A DNA stretch of 64,000 nucleotides from Amoebidium appalachense (Eukaryota > Protista > Ichthyosporea). Below the pieces are notes generated by a model. The model was given only the letters and a program-made list of their open reading frames with translations, searched no databases and was not told the origin of the DNA. Made by a program: the position numbers and the translations under genes. This document shows, piece after piece, positions 43,548 to 58,248 of the stretch; the first letter of the stretch is position 1, and the number at the start of each line of letters is the position of its first letter. Location: NCBI GenBank assembly GCA_963693365.1, contig CAVNZM010000003.1, positions 9,950,101-10,014,100 on the forward strand. The letters run 5' to 3'.

Positions 43548-46500
43548 TTTATCCTTCTTCTTCTGGAATGCTCGGACACTGGGCCCCCAAAAGGGCCTCC
43601 CCCCGGGACACTCGACGATAAAATCAGCTACATACAACAACAGACAAACAACCACACGTTTACAGTGATTTGCGAAACACAGTTTAAAAACCACCACAAA
43701 TTCAACTCTACATCATGATTGGTCGACACATCCACACACCCCGGTTACGCGAAAAACCGAGGCATTATTGTACTTGCCGCACCACACGTGAGAGTGAAGT
43801 GCAAACCGGTAGCAAAAACGGAATTCTCGGTTTCTATAGAGTTTCTTTCTAATGTTTTTACTTTTGTATATTACCCACCATCTATGTCGGTTGTCGAATT
43901 GACTCACGAGTTGTCACAGTTACCAATGTCCACTGTTATTTTAGGTGATTTTAACACGCGACTCCACCACACAGACACACTGCAAGTGAGTGTCGGGTAC
44001 CCATCTAAGCCCCCGGAGCGTGCTATCCCTTTAGCAAGGTATGTCCAAAGTCACACTTTGCGGTTCCCTCAAATATCCCATGCCCACAACACCGACTGGG
44101 GAGTGGCCTTTTGGCCATCAACCATGTCAAAACTCTCTCTCCCTCCTAACCTCTCTAGGTCATCTGACCACTCTCCTATCCTTTTCCTACCTAAGATCTC
44201 CCTTGATCTGCTCCCCCCTCCTCCTCCCACCTTTCGCCTCCGTCTATCCCAGCTTAAGTCACAGTGGGGTAGAGTCGATGTATGTGTATGCTATGCTACG
44301 AAACACCCTATATATATGCGCCTATTAGAATCTGCACAAGCCAGGCCAGATTCACATCTCGTACTAGATACATGCACTAACTTTATTGTTGATGATTTGA
44401 TAGATCTCGGTGATTATGCTGGCGGTGGTAGGAAGGAATATCCCGATGCTCTCTTGTTACCAAACACCACTCCCGCTAGACTAGGTGAACCCCTGTCTCA
44501 AAAGGAAAGCTTGCGCCGGCTTGCTAGTATGAATCGATTTGGCCCCCCTGCTCGTATTATTGGTGATACCACTGGAGACCCCCTCATAGACTCTGATAAG
44601 TATTTCTCGGAACTGTTTAAAGATAGGACCCCTGCTCAGAAACCTATTGTGTGGCCTGTAGACCCATCTATCCCCATAGAATCGATCCTCCCCTTTTTCA
44701 GTCCCGATGCCATATGGTCTGTGATATCTAGTTATAGCTCTAGTAAGTCTTGTGGACCTGATGGACTCCCTGCTGGGTTTCTTAAAATCCTTGTTCCCTC
44801 CTACCCACAAAAGGAAAGTGATCGTGCTATTAAACCTGATCTTACTATCATGTTAAGCTCTCTCTTTTCTTGGTGTGTTAAATGTGGACATGTCCCGTCA
44901 TCTTGGTTAGATACCTTAGTGATCCCCATAGTTAAGAAGGACTCTGAGGGCCCCATATCATCCTTTCGCCCCATTACACTAACCCAGGTTGTTCGTAGAT
45001 TCTTTGAAGCTTGCTTACTTAGGTTATTTGCACATCACCCTAGGTTTCAATCTATTCTTCACATACACCCATGCCAATCCGCTTTTCGTAAAAACAATTC
45101 ATGTTATGTTCAAATAATGGCACTGCACGATTCTATGCAAGTTGGTGCACAATATGTTGGCTTTATTGATTGGAAAACTGCTTACGATTCTGTCTCCCCT
45201 GGTCTCCTATGGGAAAAGCTTGCTGCACGGGGTGTACCACACTGCATTGGTGTTCTGTTAGAAGCACTCTTGTCTCAAACCTATGGTAGAGCTGTGGTTA
45301 ATGGGCATCTTTCATATGGTTTTGCTCGTACTAGAGGTCTCTTGCAGGGTTCATTGCTTAGCCCCTTTTTGTTTAACCTATTTATAGATGATTTGGCTGT
45401 CAAGATTTACGCCGAAAACGATGACCCTATTAATAACTTTCCGCCTGCACTTCTCTATGCTGATGATCTGTCCCTCCTTGCCCGTACCCCTAGACGCCTG
45501 CAAAGATTGTTCGATGTAGTGTCAGAGTGGTGCAAGGCAAACCTTATGATCCTTAACATAGACAAATGTGGTGTTCTTGTACCTGATATAGCTAACAATT
45601 TACACACATTTACATTATCATCTAAACCTGTACCTATAGTTCCAGAATACAAATATCTTGGTGTTCCGGTTGATTCTGTTGGTGTTATGTTTCCCCATAT
45701 GGTCGAAAAGAGGGTAGAGTTGGCTCGTAAGCGGTTAGCTTTCTTCTCGGCTAATATTTTTAAAGACACACCCCTCCATCCTTCTATTAGACTTACATTT
45801 ATTCGCACTTTTGTCTTCCCGGCATGTGAATATGGTTTACCCCTTCTCGCCGCTTGGATCAAGAAAGAGAGAACTAGAGCGCTTAAACCCCTGGCAAATT
45901 TCCTTGAAGCAGAAGTTGCCTCCTTTCTATCTAACAACTGTTGTAAACCTGGGCCTGTAACGCTCTCGATATATGGTCTGGTCCCAATAGCTGCTAGAGT
46001 ATCCTATCTCGCGCTGAAATTCAATAAGCACATAAGCCGCTTAAAGAAGTATTTGCCCTCCCACCCTCTCTTCTCTATCCGACCTGTCCCCTCCTCACCT
46101 CTCCCCTCTTTCCTCCCCTCAGTCTCTCCCCTTCTCCCCTGGGCACAAATACAAATAAACCCCGCAATAGTGTGTGTGTGACTTTGGACTGCCACTTACT
46201 TGTTAAACATGTACACAATCACAAGATAATCACGCAATATAACAAATGGAAAAAGATACCACACGACACTAGACCCGATGAAAGCATACACCTTGAAAAA
46301 CTAAGCCTTATGTCTCGTTTTATATATACTGACCGCCTCAACCATATTGCCAAATATGGCACTCGCAAGTGTATAACACCTAAATACATATTACCTTCCT
46401 GTAGAACTGGTCTTTCTCTAGCTGATGGTATTATTGATCAATTACCACGCTTTTACTGTACACGTGCTATACAGTGGAGATCTAATAAGTATAAGGTGGC

Positions 46501-46706
46501 ATCATTTGCATGCCCAAACAACACACACACACACCAGTTTAACCGGTCATGTATCGCCAAATGTAGTTTGATAGACCACATAATACCGCAACACACACAC
46601 GTCACATTCACAACAGACACCCAGAAAGATAGCCTACCTGTAAATTACAACATCCTTGATTTTATACTAAACACGCGTAACTACGACCTGTTTATTAGAT
46701 GTATTG
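43540..46706 (+). pseudogene. LINE ORF2 (AP endonuclease plus RT) with frameshifts and a stop; its last codons lie at 56656-56690
   Basis: APE: FWNARTL, ICETQ, LGDFN, SDHSPI. RT: GPDG, FRPITL, QSAFR, FIDWKTAYDSV, GLLQGSLLSP.LFN, YADD, YKYLG. Frameshifts at ~43600 and in (TG)n at ~46175, and a TGA at ~43716. Confidence 0.92.
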
Positions 46707-48464
46707 CATCAGCAATCTTGCGCGAACATCCAAAACATATCAAACCCATCTAGGATATGCAACTGTATATTAATGGATACCTTTTGGATATACAAACGAT
46801 ATGTAGGATGGTTTCGGTCGAACATATCAATACCATCCACTGGATATATACAACATGTCTATTTCATCCTGACCTCCAACCGATGTCCAATATATATGTA
46901 GTTGCATGCTTAGATAGTGATCAAGATATTGCACCCCCATTAGATATCACATATGGATATCCATGCTGTACCTCCATTGAGCATGGTTGTGATATCACAT
47001 ATCTGGATATGCAATCAATGCTTATATGGATACATAATTGCACCTATAATGGCCATTAAATACACATTAGATGCATATGAATGCAGACATCAAACGCCAT
47101 CTGGTTGGTTCGGCATGTATTGGATATTAGACAGATGCCCACAATGGATATCGACGCTGGATATCCAATGATGGAATTTCAACTGCATTCCTCCGTTGGA
47201 TAGCTATATGGATATGTAACATTCTGGATATCCATTTGGATGCTTAGCTGTATATTAGACTGGATCAGTAACAACATATCCAATACATGACTGACATGGA
47301 TATCCGATCAATATCCCCATACAGATATCAAAATATCCCTGTAGCAAGACATGCAATACACCTAACAAGTATATCCAATGGCGGTCTATAGTGGATGTCC
47401 ATATTGGATATCCATTGATATATCCAGATGGATCGCTAATACATGTGCACTTGACCCCAACGCTAATGAACAATGCATGCCCGTATTGGATACGTTCACT
47501 GGATATCCATTCCGATATCCAGATACATACGCATTTGCTTGTCCACTAGACCCTCCTATAATAACCAAAGCATGACGATTCCACATATCCAATTAGATCA
47601 CCAAATATGGCTCTGACGGTTATCCATATACACCCGCACGCTGATGTCCAATAGACAATCATACTAAGACACAATGGATAGCTATACTGGTTATCTAGGC
47701 TCAACATCCATACAGATATCTTGATACACCTGCATTTGCCCATCCACTAGACCTTAATACTAATATCCAATGCATGACGAAAATACATATCACAATAGAC
47801 CCCCATACCGATCTCCAACGGCTATCCATATGCACCCCTGCTTACCCATCCAATATATGTCGATATTCATATACAATGCCTCACCATTCACAACATCTAA
47901 GCTTAATATCCAACATGATATGCGGATACATATACACCTACATATGCACTCGGCACCTATGTTGATAACTAATGCATGAAAAACAAACATATCAAAGTAG
48001 ATGCCCAACCTAATGCCTACCACTTAACAAACATACATGTTTTGGGATATCCATTTACACCCGTATCTAATACTCAAAATATCACTATAACAGCTATCTG
48101 GGTTGATACCCATACAGATAGCCAGATACATCTGTAGCTACATGGCTAGGGTATATCCACTGGATTAATTGCATAATTTTGGTACTGTATATCTGCAGCA
48201 TATCTATTAGGGTGTATTTGATATGTAATAAGGCATTTCCGGATAAACATTATACATCTTTACCGATCCATCGCATGACCATATGATGGCTAATGACCAC
48301 CATTGATAAATAAATTATGTCTGGTCTTATATCTATCACATAAGTAATACTTATCCACGGCACAAAGTTACACAACCACGTTATACTCGGTTCCACAAAT
48401 CAAGGGGAAGAAATAGATAAAAAGAGGAAGAAAAAAAAAAGGAAAAATATAGTTTAGTGACAAA

Positions 48465-49442
<978 letters not shown>

Positions 49443-49492
49443 GGGGGGGGGGGGACCACAAAACCCCACCAACTTCCCCCCCACTTTCCCCA

Positions 49493-50680
49493 CCCGCTGG
49501 GTGGGGAAAGTGGGGGGGCTTGGTGGGGTTTTGTGGTGCACGGCTAAAAATTGGTGCACACGTTCCTAGCACCCATATGCTACTTTGTACCAAGTGTCAA
49601 CTGCTACTTGCACATTGAACACGTGTTATTCATTATTTGGTGGTGCTTTGAGTAGTTGATGTTGCACATGTAGGAAAAATAACATTCGCGGGTGTAAACG
49701 TCGGGGGGGGGGGGGGGGGGGTTTGGTATTTTGGCTGCAGCCCTGTAACTTGGCCCACACCTCCCTAGTACCTATATGCTGCAATTCCCAAAAGATGGAT
49801 GCTTCCAGGCCATTGGTTCGTGGGTGGCAACAAAAGTGCACCTAGCCATATGAAGGCACATATAGGAAAAACGTACCCGCCGGGTGGGGAAAGTGGGGGG
49901 GCTTGATGGGGTTTTGTGGTGTACGGCTAAAACTCGGTGCACACGTTCCTAGCACCCATTTCCTAATTTGTACCAAGTGTCAACTGCTACTTGCACGTGG
50001 AACACGTGTTATTCATTATTTGGTGGTGCCCTGAGTAGTTGATGTTGCACATGTAGGAAAAATAACATTCGCGGGTGTAAACGTCGGGGGGGGGGGGGGG
50101 GGGGGTTTGGTATTTTGGCTGCAGCCCTGTAACTTGGCCCACACCTCCCTAGTACCTATATGCTGCAATTCCCAAAAGATGGATGCTCCCAGGCCATTGG
50201 TTCGTGGGTGGCAACAAAAGTGCACCTAGCCATATGAAGGCACTGGCACATAGTAGGAAAAACGTACCCGCCGGGTGGGGAAAGTGGGGGGGCTTGATGG
50301 GGGTTTGTGGTGTACGGCTAAAACTCGGTGCACACGTTCCTAGCACCCATTTCCTACTTTGTACCAAGTTGCAACTGCTACTTGCTCGTGGAACACGTTA
50401 TATTCATTATTTGGTGGTGCCCTGAGTAGTTGAAGTTGCACATGTGGAAAAAAAAACATTTACGGGTGTAAATGTAGGGATTTTTTTTTTGGTATTTCGG
50501 CTGCAGCCCTGTAACTTGGCCCACACCTCCCTAGTACCTATATGCTGCTATTCCCAAAAGAGGGATGCTCCCAGGCCATTGGTTCGTGGGTGGCAACAAA
50601 AATGCACCTAGCCACATGAGTGCATATATAATAAGGAAAAACGCACCCGCCGGGTGGAAATGCAGGGGGGCTTGATGGGG
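49493..50680. repeat. ~385-bp tandem repeat, three copies plus the start of a fourth
   Basis: CCCGCYGGGTGG restarts at ~49493, 49876, 50267 and 50646. The internal GGCTGCAGCCCTGTAACTTGGCCCACACC is present in each unit. Confidence 0.92.
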
Positions 50681-50807
50681 AAATACAAATCGTAACACAA
50701 GCACAACACTGTGACACCCACCTGACGTGTGTGACGACACACGGCCCACACCCACAGTCACACCCACACTAGCCCACCCACCCACCCACTCAAACACACA
50801 CACACAA

Positions 50808-50881
<74 letters not shown>

Positions 50882-51045
50882 CCCCAGGGGGGGGGGGGGG
50901 GGGTGCGAACGAGTACAGAGATATTATGAAGGTGGTCCCCCCCCCCCCTCACCCTTCCTCTTTTCCTCCCCCCCCCCCCCCCCCCCCCTCCCCCCCCCCC
51001 CCCCCACCAACAAACACACACACACAAACACACAAACATTCTGGG

Positions 51046-51076
<31 letters not shown>

Positions 51077-51080
51077 CGAG

Positions 51081-51130
<50 letters not shown>

Positions 51131-51198
51131 GGCACACACACGAAGAACACACACACACACATACACACACACACACATACACACACACACAAACATTC

Positions 51199-51359
<161 letters not shown>

Positions 51360-51361
51360 AG

Positions 51362-51405
<44 letters not shown>

Positions 51406-53545
51406 GCGCGCACACGCGCGCGCGCGCGCGAGAGGCACACACATTGCCAGCTGCAGGAACACAGAATCCAATGGACATAGATTCGATGATGGCCAATGGT
51501 GATCACGTGTGATATCTATATAAATATCCTTACATGTCCAACGTACATACACTACATAACCAACAGGATATACAAAGGAGATCAATCATCCTAATGTACA
51601 ATTAGAGCTACAATGCATATGGTTTTGGGAACAATTGCCCGTATAGAGTATGCTCAAATGGATATCCAGTGCCACGGTTGACACCAACCCCTTACCCCCC
51701 CCCCCCCCCCCCCCCCCCCCCCCGCCCCCCGTGTGCACAGATATCATGATATATGTATTTAAATTATATGTATATTCATATATATAAGTATATATAAATA
51801 TACTATATATATATATTTATATATATTTATATATCTATATTCTATAATATAAATATATTACAACTTTGATGTATGTAAAACGCATGGAGGGATTATTGGC
51901 TTGACTCATCGGATTCGAACCACCATGCTTGTCCTGCTGTGTGATTGGTGTTTTGTAATCTGATTAATGATAATCAGATTGAACCGATTTTTGTTCGGCT
52001 GTGTGATTGGTATTCATTAGTCACATTATGGATAATCCGATTATGCTCCTGTTTCTTGATTGGTCTTCTCCAATCATTAATGATTGTCCGTTATGACTGT
52101 TTTTTTCCCACCCTTCGGAGGTCAGTTTTCACTTGCACTTCCGCTGTTCAAGAAGTCTGAGCTGTAACTCCATTCAGTTGCACCCGTGGCTTGTAAGCTT
52201 TTTTTGTAACTAGACGATGTTTTCAGAGCTACAGGCTGTGCAGGTTAGTACAGATGCTTATGCGACTGTTGCGTCTACCTGTTTGCTGAAGGACTGGGCT
52301 TCTGTGCAACTATTCTTGCTTTTCTTCCTTGCTGTAGCCCTCCTTTCTTCTTGGTCTTTCCTGCCGCAACTGGTGCATGCTGTCGCAGTTTTACTTTCTG
52401 TCACACTGCAGCTTTTTTGTGCCCTCTGTGCTCACATCTGCATAACAGGATGATACTTTCAAGAGTTATTTTCACCTTTGCTCCCCTCTTTCACTTGCAG
52501 GGCACCATCCTCTCTGACAGAGGCTAACGGCCGCTTGCTTTTAGAATGACAGCTTCTAAACCGAGCAGCAAGGAGGTAGGTTTTTACTGCCTGGGTTATG
52601 CCCAGCTTGGGCTGGCACCTTTTGATGTTGGTACTTGGCACTGCCGCTTTTTGTTAAAACGTTCGTGCAATAAAGAGCCCTAAGGAACCTTGCACTGATC
52701 GTTTATGGTATAGTGGTTGAGCTCTTCTGTAGGTCAGCCTGTCAGCAGTTTTAGTTTTGTGCAGGTAAACACAGGGCAAAAAGCGCGCATTCTGCATCAT
52801 TGTGTGCCAAGCCATGTTTTCGGCAGTTTCTACATTTTGCTTCATCCGTCTGTAACTCCCTTAGAAGCTACATTGCTTCCTGACATGAAGTCTCTTAGTT
52901 CATAAGGGCTGGTGCATACAAAACTTCTCGGCAACCATTGTTGGAAGGTTGTGCCCTCCTTTGTTTCATTGTTTTAACAAATGTGTGCCGTCCTTATTGC
53001 CCAGCATGTGTAGTGGGGCACCCATCTATCATGACATGTGCACGTTTGACTTTTTACCTGTGTGATAAGGTCTGTTAGCGCCCACTCCTACACGTTGCAC
53101 GCAACGTACCCCACTGACACATACGAGGTTAGTCGGTAACCACTTGCTTGCATCGAAAGTTTAGAGTGCTGCTGTAGGTATGACAATGTAAGATTCTGTC
53201 CTTTTGATGTTTTCGTGTTAAACCTCATGGGCGTTTTGTCCCCCCCCCCCCCCCCGGCCAAAAAGAAACAACAAACTTTTCAGCTTTATTCCCCTTATTT
53301 CCTGTTTCAAACTGCCTCTCACTTTTCCTCCTTCTCACTGGTCACGCTTCACTTTCCCCGTGCAGGTGGGAGATGGTGCACTCGGGTGAGTCTTCTAGCA
53401 AGCAGCAGCAGCGCACATGGCTGACCGCAAGATTGTTCGGTGCTGGTACATGACTGCCAACCTCGACATTCCGACATAACCAATTCCACGACACTGGTAC
53501 CCCCCCCCCCCCCCCCCCCCCCCTCCAAAAAAAAAAAAAAAGAAA

Positions 53546-53584
<39 letters not shown>

Positions 53585-53975
53585 ACACAGCTTCCCAAAG
53601 GCTTGCCTTAAGTTCTATCATAAACTAATTTGCTGTTTGCTGATCTCTCTTCCCGCTCACTTGGTTACTTTGGTGAATCGTGTTCTGTGTGTGTGGGTGG
53701 TAGTGTGCATCAGTGTGTGTGTGTGTGTGTGCTATATATATGTATAAACATTGTGTATATATGTCGTTGATCAGTTCTGTGTACTGCTATTAGGCGACTT
53801 TTTTCCCCGCCTCTCTCTGTCTCCCCCCCTCTTGTCGCTGCCTTTGTCTCTCTCTTATCTGTCTATCTTTTTTTCATTTCCTCTTCCCTTCACTTGACCC
53901 CCCCCCCCCCCCCCCCCCCCTCTCTGTTCTTCCCGAGCACTTGCCTCATCATGAGACACTATTTGACACTAAATC

Positions 53976-54032
<57 letters not shown>

Positions 54033-54091
54033 ACACTGCCAACACACACAAACACACACCGGCACAAACGCTGCCATCACACACACAACAG

Positions 54092-54657
54092 GGCATCGCT
54101 GAGAAATACCCCAAGTTTTTTAGCATGGTCGTTTTCTGCCTGGAGTCGTTGCTGAAGGACCCCAACGCCCACAAGTGCCTGCCTACCCCCATCCAATGGG
54201 CCCACGTCAACTATGATGTCGGTGGTGACTACAACGGGGGCGCCAGGCTGTCCACCATCAAGCAGGTGTGTGTGCTGTGTAACCTTTTATTTTTATATTT
54301 GTGGAATGGCTAGTTGCACCCCCCCCCCCCCCCCCCCCCTAAATCGTCAACCCTATATCTATTGTTCAAGCTGTACACATGCAGTGTTAATCCTTTATTT
54401 TAGTGGTTGTTTTATGCTTTATTGGCACTTATCTTCTTGTAAACTTTTGAACAGTACTTGCCAAGTGGTATGGTTTACTTTTTGTGTCCTAGGTGTCTGC
54501 AAACAGTTTGTACCCAACATTTACTTTTTAGAATCCTGCTAAGACTTAGGGAACTGTCGCCTGCTTCACCCCGTATACACCTTGTTAGATGGGTGTTCAG
54601 TTGATCTTTCTTACATAGCTGTTGGACTTGAAACATATTGGGTACTAACATTTACCC

Positions 54658-54690
<33 letters not shown>

Positions 54691-55268
54691 ACCGCCCCCT
54701 CCTCCCTCCGCCCCATTTCTATAACCTTTTATCATTCATGCTTGCACATACCCCCCATATACAGTACATCAAGAACTGGGAGAAGGTCAAGGTCACGCTC
54801 AAGGCTGACCAGCAACAGGCCAAGAAGTTGGCCCAGAGGGCTGCAAGCGCCAAGGCCAAGGTGGCCTTAGAGGTGGGCAAGGGGGGCAACGCCAAAAAGG
54901 ATGACAGCCCAGGCGAGCAAGAACTGCAGCCCCCCGACTCCCCCTTGCAGCCGGGGCCTGACAAGGATGGCGGCCGTGATGAGGATGCGGTTGAGGCTGA
55001 CGGCAGCGGTGGCCAGGTCAGCGGAGATGGCAGCAACAGCGAGCCCGAGGATGAGACTAGCGAGCGTGAGCAAGTGAAGAACACGGCCGACGGCGGTGTG
55101 GGTGCTGATGTCATCGAGGAAGAGGGGGACAGGGACGGCGACGTCAGCGTGCGCGATGGGGCCGACGGCAGCGAGGCCGAGGGCAGCGAGGGTGAGGGCA
55201 GCAAGAAGAGGGTGCGCAATGAGGAGGAGGATGAGGAACGCGCCACCAAAAAAAGCAAGGAAGATTAA
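54092..55268 (+). CDS. Last two exons (54092-54265, 54765-55268) of an unknown gene inside the TIR element, with an acidic tail and NLS-like end
   Basis: CAG/GT junctions in phase 0 and strong GC3 bias. Translation GIAEKYPKFFSMVVFCLESLLKDP…LSTIKQ|YIKNWEKVKVTLK…SKKRVR…KKSKED*. Upstream exons not resolved. Confidence 0.62.
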
Positions 55269-56710
55269 CCCCCCCCCCCCCCCCCCCAAAAAAAAAAAAA
55301 CAATTATCTTTGATTGTGCCCTTGTGTTTTTTTTTTTCTTTATTAATAAGTCTTATAGTAGTAACAAAAAAACATGTGTAGTTTGTAAGCAAGAGGGTCA
55401 CTGGACCATGTAATAGTTCATGATCAAAAGTAAGTGTTAAATTATAGTCTTTGTGTGTGTGTCATATGCTCCTGGGGAGCATGACTTAGATAAAACTGGT
55501 CATGCTCCTGTGGGGCATGACGTGTACATAAAGACTTGTGCTGCCGTCGTTGAGCAAGTGCCAGGATCCCAACAACAGGGTGGGGGGGGGGGGGGGGGGG
55601 GGAAGGGGGGGAAGGAGAAGGAGAAGGAAGTGGGGGGGGGGGGGGGGGGGGGGAAGGAGGATATTGCATATCCAAATGGGCATCATTTATATATTAGACT
55701 AGTCATCGAGATATATATTTAATGGACTGTTAAATTATATCATACTGGATATCTAGTGCATATCCAGATACGGAAGTGATATATCCGATTAGATATAACT
55801 CATATATTAGATTAGTCCTTAGGATATACATGCAACGGTTGAGTATTAGATATCAATGTGGATATAGAATACATATCTAGACACGGTGTTCGGATATTAG
55901 CCTATATGTCTATATATATATAATACATGCAAGGGCCGATATCTTTTGGTCGTCTATCACATCCATTTTCGTTGTTCAGTTACTGATCCAGTACATATAT
56001 ACTGAGATGCATGTTGGATATCTATGCTTAGGTCTACTTGGCAACTATTATGAGGTCTTTTGGTCACCTGACTGTATATAGTCAATATAGGTATTCTATG
56101 CCTATATACATAGCTATCCGAATATCTAATGAACCTCATTTCGGTAATAAATCTATACACAACCTATATCTATTGCATATCAAATGACATCTCTTTTGCA
56201 TCAATTACATATGATTAAGGGTACCCACAACATATCAATTGGATCTCGATTGTGCACATTTTAAGCATGTTACATATATATAGTGGATATCACATTGGAT
56301 ATAATATTGGGCAGGTTACCTGTCACTGGGTCCCTTCGTCACATATCCATTATATATGTTGTGCATGCGTATTTGCATATCTAGTGTTCGATATCCACTG
56401 GATATCACGTTTTTCGTGGATATCTAGTGGATCCCTAACAGTAGTTATCCAATGGATATCAGGAATTTAACAGATATCTATATACATATTAGGCGTAGAT
56501 ATCCAAGATTTATATCTATTTTATTTTAGATATCCTTTACATATGTTAAACCCATGAACTGGATGTAGGGTTATGTTCAGGATGGGTTCGAGTATATGGA
56601 TATCTTTAATATATCTTTTATGGGTTCCGGATGTTTCTGCAAGATTGCTGATGTGATTGGCTTGAGAAACACATCACTACAAAATTATAGCGCACGCGCA
56701 CACACACACA

Positions 56711-56763
<53 letters not shown>

Positions 56764-56795
56764 CCAGCTGATACCGAGTGTCCCGAGGGGAGCCC

Positions 56796-56846
<51 letters not shown>

Positions 56847-57042
56847 GGGGAACCCCAACTAATTGATTTCTCCTTGTAGTCTTTATGGTGTCTCGTAGAG
56901 AAAGTAAACCCTGATATATAGTCACCACCCGACATCTATGTACGTGATCATGATATACCGCTGAGGGGATATTCCGAGCAAAACCCCCCCCCCATACCTG
57001 AGACTGGTTCTCTTTGCCTCGAGTAAACAGCGTAAACCCCCA

Positions 57043-57208
57043 AAGGGACCTCATCTTGAAATAAATCATAAGCAGTCGTATTCATTTCCTATGGTTCCAG
57101 AAATCGTTCCTCCTCTCCGGTTGTGTTTTTCCCGTGTGTCTCTGTGTTGTGTATATCATAACACCCATCTGTGCTCTCTGCTTCTCCGTTTACCCACACA
57201 AAACAACA
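57043..57208 (+). repeat. 3' end of the copia 3' LTR
   Basis: Identical by eye to ~40646-40811 and followed by TSD CAAAC. Confidence 0.92.
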
Positions 57209-57451
57209 CAAACCTGTCCCTAGTTTATCCAGCAGTTCCTCCGTTTGGGCTGGTATGGTTACACCCAACTCAAAAATTGTTGGTGTGTATGATGTGGGGC
57301 GGAACAGGACCACCGTGTTGTGCAGCTCGATAGCTGCATCTTTCATCTGCAAGGAAATAGGATGTTAAATAAGTGTGAGTGCTTGATTTTGTGTGCCATG
57401 TGTGCGGGCAGCGGGATTCCTGCGCGCCTGTGCGCGGGCATGCGCGCGCAC

Positions 57452-57528
<77 letters not shown>

Positions 57529-58070
57529 ATGTGTGTGTGTGTGTGGGGTGGGGGGTGGGGGGGGGGGGAGTGTGTTTGTGTGTGTGTGTGTGTGTCTGAA
57601 CGGTGTGTTGAAAATGTGGTTGACTAGCGGTGTGTGTATGTTTATGTTTGCTTGTTATACGCAATTCTCATGATTCTTCATGCAATATGTTCAGCAACTC
57701 TCACTCTCTTTCTGAGAATGAAAGTGACGGTTGTTCTGTTACAAACCACGGTTTTTTTACAAAAAGGGGGGGGGGGGGGGGGGGGGGGGGGGGGAGGGGG
57801 GGGGGGATAGTTCACCTGTTCATACTCCTCCCGCGTCAGGTTCTTTGACGGTGCTGCTGTTAAAACGTCACGTATGGTGAGACCGAGGCACTGCAAAACA
57901 CAACGCTCATGAAGCCAGTTTTCGCTTTCTACTAGTAGAGCGGGGTTGGGTGGTATAAGTGTATCCACCAATGTGTGAATGTTTCGCATGATCGAAGCGG
58001 TTTGGTCTCCCTGAAACCTCAGATTCTCGGGACAGGAAAACACCTTCCCGTTGCCGGTCTTTGCTGTCTT
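57209..58070 (-). pseudogene. Middle exons (58070-57816, 57346-57209) of the transposase-like gene continued at 34664
   Basis: GT at 57815-57814 and AG at 57348-57347, phase 0. Translation …RFQGDQTASIMRN…LGLTIRD…EEYEQ|MKDAAIELHN…TPTIFELGVTIPAQTEELLDKLGTGL. Confidence 0.7.
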
Positions 58071-58248
58071 GGTTTTATTTGTGGAAATTATTGACATAAA
58101 TATTTTTCTGGGTAAACACGTAGGATGGGTGTTCGATACCAACATAACCATGTAGGCTTCATTTCGTGTTTTAGCAGTTAGCGGTTGGCTGCCCGCACAC
58201 GGGCACCTATTAGCCAGTCAAAACATCAGATACCACAGATCACTAGAC
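58071..58248 (+). mobile_element. First 178 bp of Ngaro terminal repeat A
   Basis: Identical by eye to 39963-40140, then breaks into gypsy sequence. Confidence 0.92.

Noticed and set aside
46172-46753. ORF-track C-terminus ASAILREHPKHIKPI for LINE ORF2
   Set aside because: It is read-through into the TIR. The real end is DWLEKHITTKL at 56656-56690.
52200-53200. Possible decayed minus-strand gene inside the TIR element
   Set aside because: Frames are short and stop-ridden, and I could not assign any motif.
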